Source: Clostridia bacterium
Lineage (GTDB): Bacteria > Bacillota > Clostridia > Christensenellales > UBA1242
Assembly: GCA_050872785.1 (NCBI GenBank)
Contig: JBNMHO010000005.1
Span: 919 to 64,918 of the forward strand
Length of the DNA stretch: 64,000 nt
Reading direction: 5' to 3'
Part shown: piece by piece, positions 25,952 through 36,169 of the stretch
Layout of the letters: the number at the start of each line of letters is the position of its first letter
Position numbering within the stretch: position 1 is the stretch's first letter
The notes under the pieces: model-generated
What the model was told of the DNA's origin: nothing
The model's database searches: none
What the model saw: only the letters and a program-made list of their open reading frames with translations
Program-made: the position numbers and the translations under genes

Positions 25952-27439
25952 TTACGCCATGTCGTCATTGTTTTTATATTCGGTATAGCCGTCAAGAGTA
26001 ATCGTTATTGGGTTTAGGGTAACAGTTTCAAGAGCATTTGAGTCACTTTCAGACTTTCTTGACACAATTATTTGAACGCTGTCCCCCGCACGAACTGTGA
26101 GCATAATATCCGTCATTTCAAAGCTTCTGTTAAATGAAACTTCTTCCACAGTGCCGTCTGCGCGAGTAATTTTCATGCCGACAACAATATCGTCAATTTT
26201 AATGCCAATTTCGCTTGCTTTAGAATTTTCATTCACGCCAACGACCACAATCTCTTCCGTTTTTGTGTTTATATGAGAGGCTTCGTCATATGTGTTTCCA
26301 AGTTTTCCCGCCATGGACATAAAGCCAACAATAAATTTATGCACACCAACAGTCTTGTCCAGTTCTTCTGTGTTTAATTTCTGCTCGTGGAAATAGATTA
26401 TGTTTTCACAAACAGCCTTAACATTGCTTGCTGGAATTGCGTTTGCAACATTTTCATAACTTGAAGAGGAATATTTTGAATTCGCAATGCCAATAAGTTC
26501 GCCCTTAATATTAAATACCCCGCCGCCACTGTTGCCAGAGTTTATTGAGGTGTCAACTCTAATTGTTCTTATTCTTCGTGTGTATCCAGCGTAACTTACC
26601 ATAACATACTCGCTGTCCACACTGACAATGCCACTGGTGACTGAAATTCCCTCACCCATTGGGTTGCCGATTGCTATAGCATTTGAGCCGGGTTGAATGT
26701 TGTTTGTGTTTGCAAATTTAATTTCACGAAGTGGTGAAGAAGAGAGTTTTGCAAATGCGTCACCTTCCACTTTTAAAACTGCCAAGTCATATGCCGCACT
26801 GCCACCGATGTATGTTGCGTCAATAGCCCCCGCACCATAATCAACGCTGCCATTTGAAACTGCTATAGTTTCGTTGCCATAAGTATAAATCTTTATTGTT
26901 CCCGCAGGGGCAACTGTTCCATTTGCTTCAACAGATACAACGTGATAGTTTGTTATGATATATGCAATTTTATTGTCCCTATCCATTTTGTAGCAAACGC
27001 CCGAGCCAAGTTGCACTCCGCCGTCCAGTGGACAATAAATACTCACTACTTCATTTAAGCACTCGGCGGAAATCTTTTCAACAGTTGAAGAAGTGTCAGA
27101 AATATTTGAGCCATAGTCTTTTAAAAATTGCTTATAGCCTTCCTCTGTGTCTTCATAAAGTCCCTTGCTAACGGCAAATTTAAACAAGCCCTCAGCAGTA
27201 AGGTCAGTTCCATTTTTGCCAGATGTGCCGTCTTGCCCTTTGTCACCCTTGTCGCCTTTAAGTGACGCCAGCCACTCTTGCTCACTGCCTTCAAACCCGT
27301 TGTCAACTGCAATTTCATATGCCGATTTGCCATTTTTATTGACGACTATCTGTCCGCTAAGCCCGTCACAAGCCGAAAGAGTGAACATAACGCATAAGCA
27401 TATTACAATGGAAAGCAGAATTTTCCCAAACTTCTTCAT
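25952..27439 (-). CDS. trypsin-like serine protease (HtrA/S1C-like) lipoprotein with a C-terminal PDZ-like region
   Basis: The likely start is ATG 27439, 5 nt after GGAGGA. It has a lipobox LSAC, the catalytic-Ser motif GNSGGGVF, a His region NYHVV and a C-terminal PDZ-like segment. The N-terminal module has GXY triplets (KGDKGDKGQDGTSGKNGTD). Confidence 0.75.
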   Translation of the reverse strand: MKKFGKILLSIVICLCVMFTLSACDGLSGQIVVNKNGKSAYEIAVDNGFEGSEQEWLASLKGDKGDKGQDGTSGKNGTDLTAEGLFKFAVSKGLYEDTEEGYKQFLKDYGSNISDTSSTVEKISAECLNEVVSIYCPLDGGVQLGSGVCYKMDRDNKIAYIITNYHVVSVEANGTVAPAGTIKIYTYGNETIAVSNGSVDYGAGAIDATYIGGSAAYDLAVLKVEGDAFAKLSSSPLREIKFANTNNIQPGSNAIAIGNPMGEGISVTSGIVSVDSEYVMVSYAGYTRRIRTIRVDTSINSGNSGGGVFNIKGELIGIANSKYSSSSYENVANAIPASNVKAVCENIIYFHEQKLNTEELDKTVGVHKFIVGFMSMAGKLGNTYDEASHINTKTEEIVVVGVNENSKASEIGIKIDDIVVGMKITRADGTVEEVSFNRSFEMTDIMLTVRAGDSVQIIVSRKSESDSNALETVTLNPITITLDGYTEYKNNDDMA

Positions 27440-27484
27440 ATCTTCCTCCATAAAAATGAGGGCTTGCCCGCCCTCATGTAAGTT

Positions 27485-28492
27485 TTATTCTTCCTCAGCG
27501 GAAATTTCATTTTGAACAGCAAGTTTTTCCTTAATTTTTTGTTCAATTTCGTCACGAATATCAGTGTGGCGTTCAAGGAAAGACTTAACATTTTCCTTGC
27601 CTTGTCCAATTTTTTCGTCATTATATGAGAACCAAGACCCGCTCTTTGCAATAATATTATGCTCAACAGCGAGGTCAATTATGCAGCCCTCGTTAGATAT
27701 TCCCTTGCCATAGATGATGTCAAATTCTGCAGTTTTGAATGGTGGAGCGAGTTTGTTTTTAACAACCTTAACTCTTGTTCTGTTGCCTACAATGTCGCTG
27801 CCGTCTTTAAGTGCGTCAACACGTCTAACATCAAGTCTTATGCTGGCATAAAATTTAAGAGCCTTGCCCCCTGTTGTTGTTTCTGGCGAGCCGAACATAA
27901 CCCCAACTTTATCTCTAAGTTGGTTAATGAAAATTACGCAAGATTTGCTCTTATTTGTTATTCCAGCTAGTTTTCTTAATGCTTGGCTCATAAGCCTTGC
28001 TTGAAGCCCGATAAAACTTTCGCCCATTTCGCCTTCAATTTCTGCCTTTGGGGTGAGTGCTGCAACAGAGTCAATGACAACAAGGTCAAATGCTCCACTT
28101 TTTACAAGTGTTTCGCAAATGTCAAGTGCTTGTTCTCCGTTGTCTGGTTGCGATACATAAAGTTCGTCAAGGTCAACTCCCAAGTGTCCAGCGTAAACTG
28201 GGTCAAGGGCGTGTTCTGCGTCAATAAATGCAGCCGTTCCGCCAAGTTTTTGTGCTTCGGCAATAATATGCAAAGACACAGTTGTTTTGCCAGAAGATTC
28301 TGGCCCATAAATTTCCACAATTCTCCCACGAGGCACGCCGCCAATGCCAAGCGCATTGTCCAGCACCAAACACCCCGTTGGAATGACGTCCACCTTTTCC
28401 ATTGGTTGTTCGCCAAGTTTCATAATTGCCCCCTTGCCAAATTGCTTTTCAATTTGCAAAATTGCTTGTTCAACACTTCTTTCCTTATCCAT
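27485..28492 (-). CDS. recA: recombinase RecA
   Basis: The sequence is canonical throughout: [15 protein letters not shown], Walker [10 protein letters not shown], and the FINQLR loop. Confidence 0.97.
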   Translation of the reverse strand: MDKERSVEQAILQIEKQFGKGAIMKLGEQPMEKVDVIPTGCLVLDNALGIGGVPRGRIVEIYGPESSGKTTVSLHIIAEAQKLGGTAAFIDAEHALDPVYAGHLGVDLDELYVSQPDNGEQALDICETLVKSGAFDLVVIDSVAALTPKAEIEGEMGESFIGLQARLMSQALRKLAGITNKSKSCVIFINQLRDKVGVMFGSPETTTGGKALKFYASIRLDVRRVDALKDGSDIVGNRTRVKVVKNKLAPPFKTAEFDIIYGKGISNEGCIIDLAVEHNIIAKSGSWFSYNDEKIGQGKENVKSFLERHTDIRDEIEQKIKEKLAVQNEISAEEE

Positions 28493-28523
28493 AGATGCTC
28501 CTTTAAATTATCTTACGAGTATA

Positions 28524-29753
28524 TTATACAACAGTTTGTCCCAAATGAAAATCATTTTGTCTTATTTTTTTTATCATTTCAAAAAATATTGCGTTGCACG
28601 CTATTTGAATTTTTTGCTCCCTTGAACCCTCGACCTTTTTTGAAAACACGTGAATTCCCTCGCTGCTTCCAACGGCGAAAAACACTTCGCCAGTTTCTAT
28701 GTCGCCACAATTTGAAACAACAAAATCCGCTCCCGAATTTTCAAGCACGCCAAGTGCCATTTGATAAGCCACTTCCGAGTAGTCAATTTTTGCTTTTTTG
28801 AACAATCTTTCATCAACGCCCAAAAGTTTTGTTTTGCTTTCGCCCGTTGTTGCAATGTAACTTTCAGCCAAAATACTTTTTGCGTCTTTTATGTTTGAAA
28901 AAACAGAACTGCACATTTGCCCCGCCGTAAAATCTTCGGCAAAAGCAACCTTTTGATGTCGCAAACTTAAAAGCGAATATATAAACTCCACTTCCGTTTC
29001 ATCTTTGTCGGAATAAATGTATGGCATAAGTTTGGAATAGGCGCTCATAATAAGGCTGTTTGCGTAGTCACTTCTAACACCTTTTGGCACATAAAACACC
29101 ACTTCACCTGCCAAAAGATATTCGCTGCACACCACTTCAATTCCATGCTTATTTTTGATATTTTCCCTAAGAAGTGAGGTCATTTCAGTAAGTTTAATTC
29201 CAAATGTTTTAAGCACAAAAGTTTTGCTTGCAGCGGGTTGAAATTTCAAAATATATGGCAAAACTGACGAGAAAAACATATAATTTAGTTCGCTGTGTTC
29301 AAGTGGCAAAAGGAAAAACGATTTGTTTTCATTTTCAATCAACGCCCCTTGAAAAACGCCTTTTGGGTTTTTTATAGTCCTTGCAAGTTCGGGCATTTGT
29401 GCATAGGTCATGTCGTCTTTTTTCAAAACAACAGTGTTAAGTCTTGAATATTCTTCAATGTTGTTTTTTGCAAAAACGCTGCTTGACATTTTGCAGCCAA
29501 ACATTTCACACATAACCATTTTGCACATATAAACTTTTTCAAATTCATTTTCGCAAGCAACAACAAGAGAGTCAACTTCCTCCATTCCAGCCTTGAACTC
29601 TGCTTGAACGAGTTTTGACAGCGGCTTTATCACCTTGCAAAACACCACATCTTGTCCATTTTTGGCAAGCGCGGAACAAATAAGGCTTGTTGTGTTGTTT
29701 TTGTGTTGCGAAATTATTTCACTTTGCGAAACAACAATCAGCCCAATTCTCAT
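28524..29753 (-). CDS. cinA: CinA-like competence/damage-inducible protein (divergent)
   Basis: 409 aa in the conserved pgsA-cinA-recA position of Firmicutes. The C-terminal half is weakly CinA_C-like (AFAEDFTAGQMCS versus ESCTGG). Motifs are degenerate. Confidence 0.55.
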   Translation of the reverse strand: MRIGLIVVSQSEIISQHKNNTTSLICSALAKNGQDVVFCKVIKPLSKLVQAEFKAGMEEVDSLVVACENEFEKVYMCKMVMCEMFGCKMSSSVFAKNNIEEYSRLNTVVLKKDDMTYAQMPELARTIKNPKGVFQGALIENENKSFFLLPLEHSELNYMFFSSVLPYILKFQPAASKTFVLKTFGIKLTEMTSLLRENIKNKHGIEVVCSEYLLAGEVVFYVPKGVRSDYANSLIMSAYSKLMPYIYSDKDETEVEFIYSLLSLRHQKVAFAEDFTAGQMCSSVFSNIKDAKSILAESYIATTGESKTKLLGVDERLFKKAKIDYSEVAYQMALGVLENSGADFVVSNCGDIETGEVFFAVGSSEGIHVFSKKVEGSREQKIQIACNAIFFEMIKKIRQNDFHLGQTVV

Positions 29754-30364
29754 TGTTTATCCTCCGCCACTTCTTGCTTTGGTTCTTCTTTAAAAAGTTG
29801 TTTGTTGCCAACGCAATAATGCACACAAGACATGATTGTAAGAAGAACTGTTAGCGCAAGCCCAATATAACTTAAAAATACTAGCCCTTGATATGCCCAG
29901 CCACTATACACCCCAATGCTGCAAAGATATGCAACAAACATAAACAGTGTAACCGTCACAAATTGCACAGTTGCCTTAACTTTTCCCCACATATCTGCGG
30001 AAATTATTATATTTTTGCTTGCTCCAAGTTGTCTTAAAGCACTGACCAAAAACTCTCTGCAAATGACAATTATTGCTGAAATAACGCCCAGTGGAGCGAT
30101 AATTGCCCCGTCACACACAATAAGCAAAAGCCCCGTTGCAACAAGCATTTTGTCTGCAATAGAGTCAAGGAAAGTTCCTAAAACAGTGATTAAATTTCTG
30201 CTTCTTGCAATCTTTCCGTCAAGAAAATCTGTTAATACTGCAACGACAAAAAGTATTGTGGCAATAAGTTTTCCTCCTGGCACAAAACTGCTTGCAAGAT
30301 AGAAGAAAATTATAAATGGAATAAGTATAATTCTCAACATTGTTATTTTATTTGGCAAATTCAT
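29750..30364 (-). CDS. pgsA: CDP-diacylglycerol--glycerol-3-phosphate 3-phosphatidyltransferase
   Basis: CDP-alcohol phosphatidyltransferase motif DFLDGKIAR...G.FLDSIADK. The likely start is ATG 30364, 5 nt after GGAGGG. Confidence 0.88.
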   Translation of the reverse strand: MNLPNKITMLRIILIPFIIFFYLASSFVPGGKLIATILFVVAVLTDFLDGKIARSRNLITVLGTFLDSIADKMLVATGLLLIVCDGAIIAPLGVISAIIVICREFLVSALRQLGASKNIIISADMWGKVKATVQFVTVTLFMFVAYLCSIGVYSGWAYQGLVFLSYIGLALTVLLTIMSCVHYCVGNKQLFKEEPKQEVAEDKQ

Positions 30365-30378
30365 TTTTCCCTCCAAAA

Positions 30379-31722
30379 TTAGTAAGTGGTTGTTTTTTCC
30401 ACTTCACCAACAAAAACTTCGTCAACATATTTTATAATTTTAACATCGGCAAACGAGCCAATTTTGTGACGCTTAAATGACGAGAAATAAATCTCAAAAT
30501 CTACATCTGGTGCGCTGAAATATCCCCTTCCGACATAACAATTTAAACTTTCGTCAAAGCGGTCAATAAGCACTTTATAAGTTTTCCCAACTCGAGATTT
30601 ATTTAACTTTGTTGCCACTGCTTGTTGTGTTTTTTGCACCAGAGCAAGTCTTCTATCCTTTTCTTCTTCTGGAATTTGACCCGCCATAGAATATGCAGGA
30701 GTTCCTTCTTCCCTTGAATATTTGAAGAAGCCAACATTGTCTAGTTTTGCTTTTTTCAAAAACTTGACAAGTTCCTTTATGTCGTCTTCCGTTTCCCCTG
30801 GGAAGCCCACCATAAATGTTGACCTTATTGCAATATCTGGAATTTCGTGTCTAAGTTTTGAGATAAGTTCCATAATACTTTCCCTTGTGCTTTGCCTATT
30901 CATTGCACGTAAAACATTGTTGCTTATATGCTGAAGTGGCATATCCACATAATGAAGCACTTTTGGGTTGGTTTTAATAACTTCAATAAGTTCGTCAGTT
31001 ATCTTTTCTGGATAGCAATAAAGCAGTCTTATCCAACTTAATTTTTTTATTTTAGAAAGGTTTTTAAGTAGCAAAGGCAAGTTTTCTTTGCCATTTGTTT
31101 CGCAGCCAAAACGAGTGACATCTTGAGCGACAAGGATAAGTTCTTTTGCCCCGTTGTCGCAAAGATAATTTGCTTCGTTTACAATTTTTTCCATTTTTTC
31201 GGACTTATAATTGCCACGAATGTAAGGAATTTTGCAAAATGCACAGCGGTTGGAGCAGCCGTCTGCAATTTTAAGATAGGCAAAATGTCCCGTTGTTGTT
31301 TTGCTGCGGAAGTCGCTGTCCCGTTTGCCTTTTGGAAGTTTTTTGCCCAAAAGGTCAAACACAATCTTGTCCGCTTTGTCATATTCGTCTGCCACCATTG
31401 CCTTGTCCACCATTGGAAAGCGTTTTATCATATCTTCAGGGTTTAGCATTGGCAAGCAGCCCATAACGATAAGAAGTTTAAGCGAGCCACGTTTTTTATA
31501 TCCGCTCATTTCCTCAATAACGCCTTCCGCTTCATCACGAGAGGCTTTGAGAAAGGCACAAGTGTTTATAAAAATAACATCACATTCTTCTGCATTTGGC
31601 GAAAATTCAAATTCGTCATAACACGACAAAATGGACACAACTCTTTCGGTGTCCACTCTGTTTTTGTCGCACCCAAGCGACACAAATCCAACTTTCATTT
31701 TTTCATCTGTTTTTTGCATCAT
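30379..31722 (-). CDS. rimO: ribosomal protein S12 methylthiotransferase (MiaB-family radical SAM)
   Basis: N-terminal MTTase domain (VSLGCDKNRVDTE), radical SAM CSNRCAFC motif and a C-terminal TRAM domain. It sits in the conserved position upstream of pgsA. Confidence 0.8.
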   Translation of the reverse strand: MMQKTDEKMKVGFVSLGCDKNRVDTERVVSILSCYDEFEFSPNAEECDVIFINTCAFLKASRDEAEGVIEEMSGYKKRGSLKLLIVMGCLPMLNPEDMIKRFPMVDKAMVADEYDKADKIVFDLLGKKLPKGKRDSDFRSKTTTGHFAYLKIADGCSNRCAFCKIPYIRGNYKSEKMEKIVNEANYLCDNGAKELILVAQDVTRFGCETNGKENLPLLLKNLSKIKKLSWIRLLYCYPEKITDELIEVIKTNPKVLHYVDMPLQHISNNVLRAMNRQSTRESIMELISKLRHEIPDIAIRSTFMVGFPGETEDDIKELVKFLKKAKLDNVGFFKYSREEGTPAYSMAGQIPEEEKDRRLALVQKTQQAVATKLNKSRVGKTYKVLIDRFDESLNCYVGRGYFSAPDVDFEIYFSSFKRHKIGSFADVKIIKYVDEVFVGEVEKTTTY

Positions 31723-31731
31723 ATCCTTCTT

Positions 31732-34700
31732 TTATGCCCCGCCAAACAGTTTGTTATAGTCTTCCATTGTTGCAAAAACTGTTCTTGGCTTGCTGCCGTC
31801 AGAGCCAGAAATAAAGCCCGCCGCTTCCATTTGGTCAATAATTTTTGCCGCACGCTGATAGCCAATGGCAAATCGTCTTTGAAGCATAGAAATTGACACT
31901 TGCCTGCTTTCAATGGCGTGTTTTAAGGCGTCAGGCAAAAGTGAATCCATGCTTGGAGTTGACGAGAAGCCACCGCCAATATCTCCGCCGTTTGGAGCGC
32001 CGTCATTCATAATTGCTTTTTCAATGTTTTCATCATAAACGCAAGGGTTATGGTCACGAATGTAGTCGCAAATTTCCTTAACTTCTGGCGTATCAACAAA
32101 CGCACCTTGAACACGAGTAACTTCCCCGTCTGGTGGCATGTATAGCATATCACCATGGCCAAGAAGTTTCTCTGCGCCCGGTCTATCAAGAATAGTTTTT
32201 GAGTCAAAGCCACTTGACACAGCGAAAGCAATTCTGCTTGGAAGGTTAATCTTGATGCTTCCTGTGATAATATCAACAGAAGGTCTTTGTGTGGCAAGAA
32301 TAAGGTGGATACCCGCCGCTCTTGCCTTTTGTGTAAGCCTAATAATTCTTTCTTCAAGTTCCTTCTTGCCCGCTGTGACAACAAGGTCAGCAAGTTCGTC
32401 AACAATCAAAACAATGTATGGAAGTTTTGGTTTAAGTTTATTTTTAACTTCTGGTTGAGCATTGTATTCTTCAATATTTCTTGCATAAACACCTTGGAAC
32501 AGGCTATATCTTCTTTCCATTTCGTCAATCAGCCAGTCAAATGCAACAAGTGCTTTCTTTGGCTCGGTGATTGCTTTTGGCATAAGAAGGTGTGGAAGGT
32601 CGTTGAAGATTGTAAATTCTACTTTCTTTGGGTCAACCATAATAAGTCGCAAGTCTTCTGGGCTTGTTCTATAAATCAAACTTATAACAAGCGCACTTAA
32701 GCACACGCTCTTTCCGCTTCCCGTTGAGCCAGCGACCAAAAGGTGTGGCATTTTGGCAAGATTACAAAGTTTTACGTTTCCGTCAATATCTTTCCCAAGA
32801 GCGAATGTAAGTGGTGATTTTGCAGTTAAGAAGCTTTCTGATTCAATAATGTCTTTAAGTCCAACAATGTCTTGAGAGTCGTTTGGCACCTCAACACCAA
32901 CAGCACTCTTCCCCTTAATTGGGGCTTCAATTCTTATGTCGCCACGAGCCGCCATTGCCATTGCGATGTCTGACGATTGTGCTTGAATTTTCTTAACAGA
33001 AATGCCCGTTGGCATGTGAAGTTCATATCTTGTAACTGCCGCCCCACGTCTAACTGCTTCAACTTTTGCTGGCACACGGAAGTCTTCCAAAACACGTTCC
33101 AAAATATCAATTTTTTCTTGATAATTTATGTTTTCGGCTGCATTTGTATAAGTTTTCAGCAAGTCGATTGGAGGTCTGATATAATTTGAGTTATATTCAA
33201 AGTTTGGTTCAATTTTCTTTGCATTTGACGAACTGCCACCACCTATTGCCTCAAAGTTAAAAGTCCTTGGTGGAACATTTGAAAGATTGACCGTTTTGCC
33301 AAGGCTTTCTTCCACCGAGTCATTCCCTACTCTATCCATAAACTTTTCACTTCTATTGTCTTGTGAGGTAGTTTTTGGTGATTGCGAGCCAATTTCAAAA
33401 TTGTTTGATGTATTGAAATTCCTTGTTTTTGGGAAATCGTCATCTGGCTTTATAAAGTCGTCTTCGTCAAAATTACTATCATTTGAGTCACCGAAATTGG
33501 TGTCAAAAAGCCCAGAAATATTTGAAAAATTATCTTTTTCTGGTTCAATTCCAAAGTTTGGCACGTCTTCGTCTGGTTCAACTTCCTTATTGAAACTTGG
33601 CGAAGCAAATTTGTCATTTCTTGCGAAATAGTTTGGAGTTGGTCGTTCTGCCCTTATAACTCCGTCATTAAGATTGCCTTGCCTTGTTGCGTCATAGCCA
33701 CCCGATGTATTTTCACGAGAAATTGGCGATGAATTTCTTTCGCCATACATCTTCATTTTTTGTTTATAGTCTTCATAATCTTCGGCATTTATAATTGGGT
33801 TTTCGTTAACATTGTTAATATCATGAATGGTTGAAAGATATTCTTTATTCTTTTCAAACATTGGGTTGTTTTTCTGACTTGAAGTTTTTTCTTTTTCGTC
33901 ATAAACAAACTTCTGAGGTCTATCTTGTGAAAAAGCCCTTGTCTGCCACGAAACATTATCTTTCTTTTCGCCAAACAATTTTGCCTCGGCACTGACTGAC
34001 TGGTCAGTTGAGTTTTGCTCCAAGTTCTGCGTCCCAAGCCCAAGTTTTTGTTTTGCTATTTCTGCGACCGATGGTTCTGCAGGTTTTTCGTCTTTTATAA
34101 ATATCTCTTCGTCCGCTGGGTTTTCCTTAACTTCACTTGCCAAAATCTCTGTTTTTGGAGCAGACTCTGCTGGAGTAATTTGTTGCACTGGTGCTGCTGC
34201 AACGGCTTCAGTTTTCACCGCAGCAACTTGCTTTGGAACAGGTTTTTTGACCGTTTGCTTTTTAACACTATCAAGATAAGTTGCGACAAAATACAATGAC
34301 ATAACAAGCCCTATGCCATAAATTACAACCCCCGCAATGTCATGGAAAAGTGCCGAGAGCGGATAGACAAAAACCCCAATCAGCACGCCACCCGGGGTGA
34401 AATGTGCGTTGTAACATTGTTTTAGATATTCGCCATAGGAAATGCTAACCCCGCCCGTGCCAGCAAAAATTGTATGCAGCACACAGACGAAGAAGAAAAA
34501 GCATAGTCCGAGATAAATTATATATCTTGGAGAATACACAAATTTTTGGTTCATTGTAAGTGCAATTCCAGCAAAAATAGAGAGGAGTAAAATTGGATAA
34601 ATCATAATGCCAAATACGCCCAAGAAAAACCATTTTACCCCAGACAAAAATTCAAATGTGGTCAAGATGAGCAAAGCACTTGCCACAATAATCATAACAA

Positions 34701-34749
34701 TGCCAAATTGTTTTTTGATAACCGACAAATTTTTCTCCCGTTCTTCCAT
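31732..34749 (-). CDS. ftsK: DNA translocase FtsK/SpoIIIE
   Basis: N-terminal TM helices, a long low-complexity linker, a motor domain with Walker A GSTGSGKS and Walker B IVDELAD, and a C-terminal gamma winged helix. The likely start is ATG 34749 (MEEREK). Confidence 0.92.
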   Translation of the reverse strand: MEEREKNLSVIKKQFGIVMIIVASALLILTTFEFLSGVKWFFLGVFGIMIYPILLLSIFAGIALTMNQKFVYSPRYIIYLGLCFFFFVCVLHTIFAGTGGVSISYGEYLKQCYNAHFTPGGVLIGVFVYPLSALFHDIAGVVIYGIGLVMSLYFVATYLDSVKKQTVKKPVPKQVAAVKTEAVAAAPVQQITPAESAPKTEILASEVKENPADEEIFIKDEKPAEPSVAEIAKQKLGLGTQNLEQNSTDQSVSAEAKLFGEKKDNVSWQTRAFSQDRPQKFVYDEKEKTSSQKNNPMFEKNKEYLSTIHDINNVNENPIINAEDYEDYKQKMKMYGERNSSPISRENTSGGYDATRQGNLNDGVIRAERPTPNYFARNDKFASPSFNKEVEPDEDVPNFGIEPEKDNFSNISGLFDTNFGDSNDSNFDEDDFIKPDDDFPKTRNFNTSNNFEIGSQSPKTTSQDNRSEKFMDRVGNDSVEESLGKTVNLSNVPPRTFNFEAIGGGSSSNAKKIEPNFEYNSNYIRPPIDLLKTYTNAAENINYQEKIDILERVLEDFRVPAKVEAVRRGAAVTRYELHMPTGISVKKIQAQSSDIAMAMAARGDIRIEAPIKGKSAVGVEVPNDSQDIVGLKDIIESESFLTAKSPLTFALGKDIDGNVKLCNLAKMPHLLVAGSTGSGKSVCLSALVISLIYRTSPEDLRLIMVDPKKVEFTIFNDLPHLLMPKAITEPKKALVAFDWLIDEMERRYSLFQGVYARNIEEYNAQPEVKNKLKPKLPYIVLIVDELADLVVTAGKKELEERIIRLTQKARAAGIHLILATQRPSVDIITGSIKINLPSRIAFAVSSGFDSKTILDRPGAEKLLGHGDMLYMPPDGEVTRVQGAFVDTPEVKEICDYIRDHNPCVYDENIEKAIMNDGAPNGGDIGGGFSSTPSMDSLLPDALKHAIESRQVSISMLQRRFAIGYQRAAKIIDQMEAAGFISGSDGSKPRTVFATMEDYNKLFGGA

Positions 34750-34846
34750 TGTTTCCCCACTTAAATTTCGATACACAAAGAGTATATCACAATGTTCTCC
34801 ACTTTCAAAATCCTTACACTATGTTTTACAAACAAAAATTACCAAT

Positions 34847-36112
34847 TTATTCAAAAATTTTCTCAAGTCCGTCAACTTTGTTTTTAATTAGCACAAGAGT
34901 AACTGCATTTTTTAGATTAAAAGTTTCTTTTGCAAGCAAATTTACCTCATCTATTGTCACTTTTTCAAGAGCCTTCAATCTTTCTTCAACTGTAACAAAT
35001 TTGTCATAAGTCAAATAGTTTGTGGCAACCGCCCTTGCAATTTCAGAACCTTTTTCATATGCCGAAAGAAGCAGTCCCTTGCAGAAAGTTTTTGCTCGCA
35101 AAAGTTCTTCTTCCGTGACGCCAAATTTTGCTATTTTTTCCACTTCTTTTTTCACAAGTTCCATTGCTTTTTTAACATTTCCTTCTGTCGTTCCAAAGCA
35201 AATACTCATGTCGCCAGCAGTTTCAAAATGTTCTGGAATACAAGAAATGCTATACACAAGCCCATGTTCTTCCCTAACACTTCTAAACAGCCTTGACCCC
35301 ATACTGCCACCCATAATAAAACTTAAAACAGCATATGCCATTTTGTTTTTTGCAAAGATATTTACGCATGGAAACCCAACAACAACCTGTGTCTGATTGA
35401 ACTCTGCCACTTCTTGCAAAAATGCAGTTTTTGGGACAAAATTTTGATTGTGATTTTTCTTCAAAACTTTATCTTTCTTCTTAAACTTTGAATTAAAATA
35501 TTTGTCAATAATTTGAAAGACATATTCCTTATCATAATGTCCCACAACTGACACGACAATATTTCTTGCAATGTAATTATCTTTTACATATTTTACAATG
35601 TCGTCACGTGTTATTTTTGACAAACTTTCTTTCGTTCCGAGGACTGTTCTTGACAAACTGTTTCCGTCAAAAAACATATCGCAAAATTTGTCATAAGCGA
35701 CACTTTCTGGGTCGTCCATTGTCATGGAAATTTCTTCAAAAACAACCTTTCTTTCCCTCTCAATTTCTTCCTCATTATATGAAGAATTAAGCACAATATC
35801 GCTTAAAATTTCGCAACATTTTTCCATATTTTCTGGCAAAGTTGTTGCATAAAAACAAGTGGCAACTTTGCTTGTCCAAGCGTTTGCACTTGCGCCAATG
35901 TCTTCAAAATCTGTGCTTATTTGTTGGGCTGTTCTTTTGGACGTTCCCTTAAAATTTAGGTGTTCCACAAAGTGTGAAATTCCGTTTATTTTTTCTGTTT
36001 CATTTTGGCTTCCCACATCAACAGCGACATACACAGAAGTTGGTCTATTTTTTCCCACTTTTGTAAATACAACCCTCAGTCCACTTTCAAAACATTTGCA
36101 AATTGGCTTCAT
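34847..36112 (-). CDS. M16-family zinc peptidase (pitrilysin/insulinase-like)
   Basis: Inverted zinc motif HFVEH with a downstream E. 421 aa. It occupies the position equivalent to Bacillus mlpA downstream of pnp-ylxY. Confidence 0.8.
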   Translation of the reverse strand: MKPICKCFESGLRVVFTKVGKNRPTSVYVAVDVGSQNETEKINGISHFVEHLNFKGTSKRTAQQISTDFEDIGASANAWTSKVATCFYATTLPENMEKCCEILSDIVLNSSYNEEEIERERKVVFEEISMTMDDPESVAYDKFCDMFFDGNSLSRTVLGTKESLSKITRDDIVKYVKDNYIARNIVVSVVGHYDKEYVFQIIDKYFNSKFKKKDKVLKKNHNQNFVPKTAFLQEVAEFNQTQVVVGFPCVNIFAKNKMAYAVLSFIMGGSMGSRLFRSVREEHGLVYSISCIPEHFETAGDMSICFGTTEGNVKKAMELVKKEVEKIAKFGVTEEELLRAKTFCKGLLLSAYEKGSEIARAVATNYLTYDKFVTVEERLKALEKVTIDEVNLLAKETFNLKNAVTLVLIKNKVDGLEKIFE

Positions 36113-36169
36113 AATTTCTCCTTAACTGTGGACAATTATATCACTTTTTCTTGTTTTTGAAAATCAAAA

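Noticed and set aside
28493-28523. Looked for LexA/Cheo boxes upstream of recA and of the ruvCAB operon (53404-53532).
   Set aside because: No GAAC-N4-GTTC-like motif is visible. recA is only 31 nt from cinA and is probably co-transcribed.
27983-28801. 272-aa plus-strand ORF antisense to recA/cinA. Similar long antisense ORFs occur at 62601-63236, 39319-39945, 42495-43112, 16430-16957 and 18266-18598.
   Set aside because: Each lies entirely opposite a confidently identified gene (recA, the coiled-coil gene, pnp, recJ, parC). They have low-complexity or odd composition and no RBS. These are typical shadow ORFs that arise in biased coding sequence.
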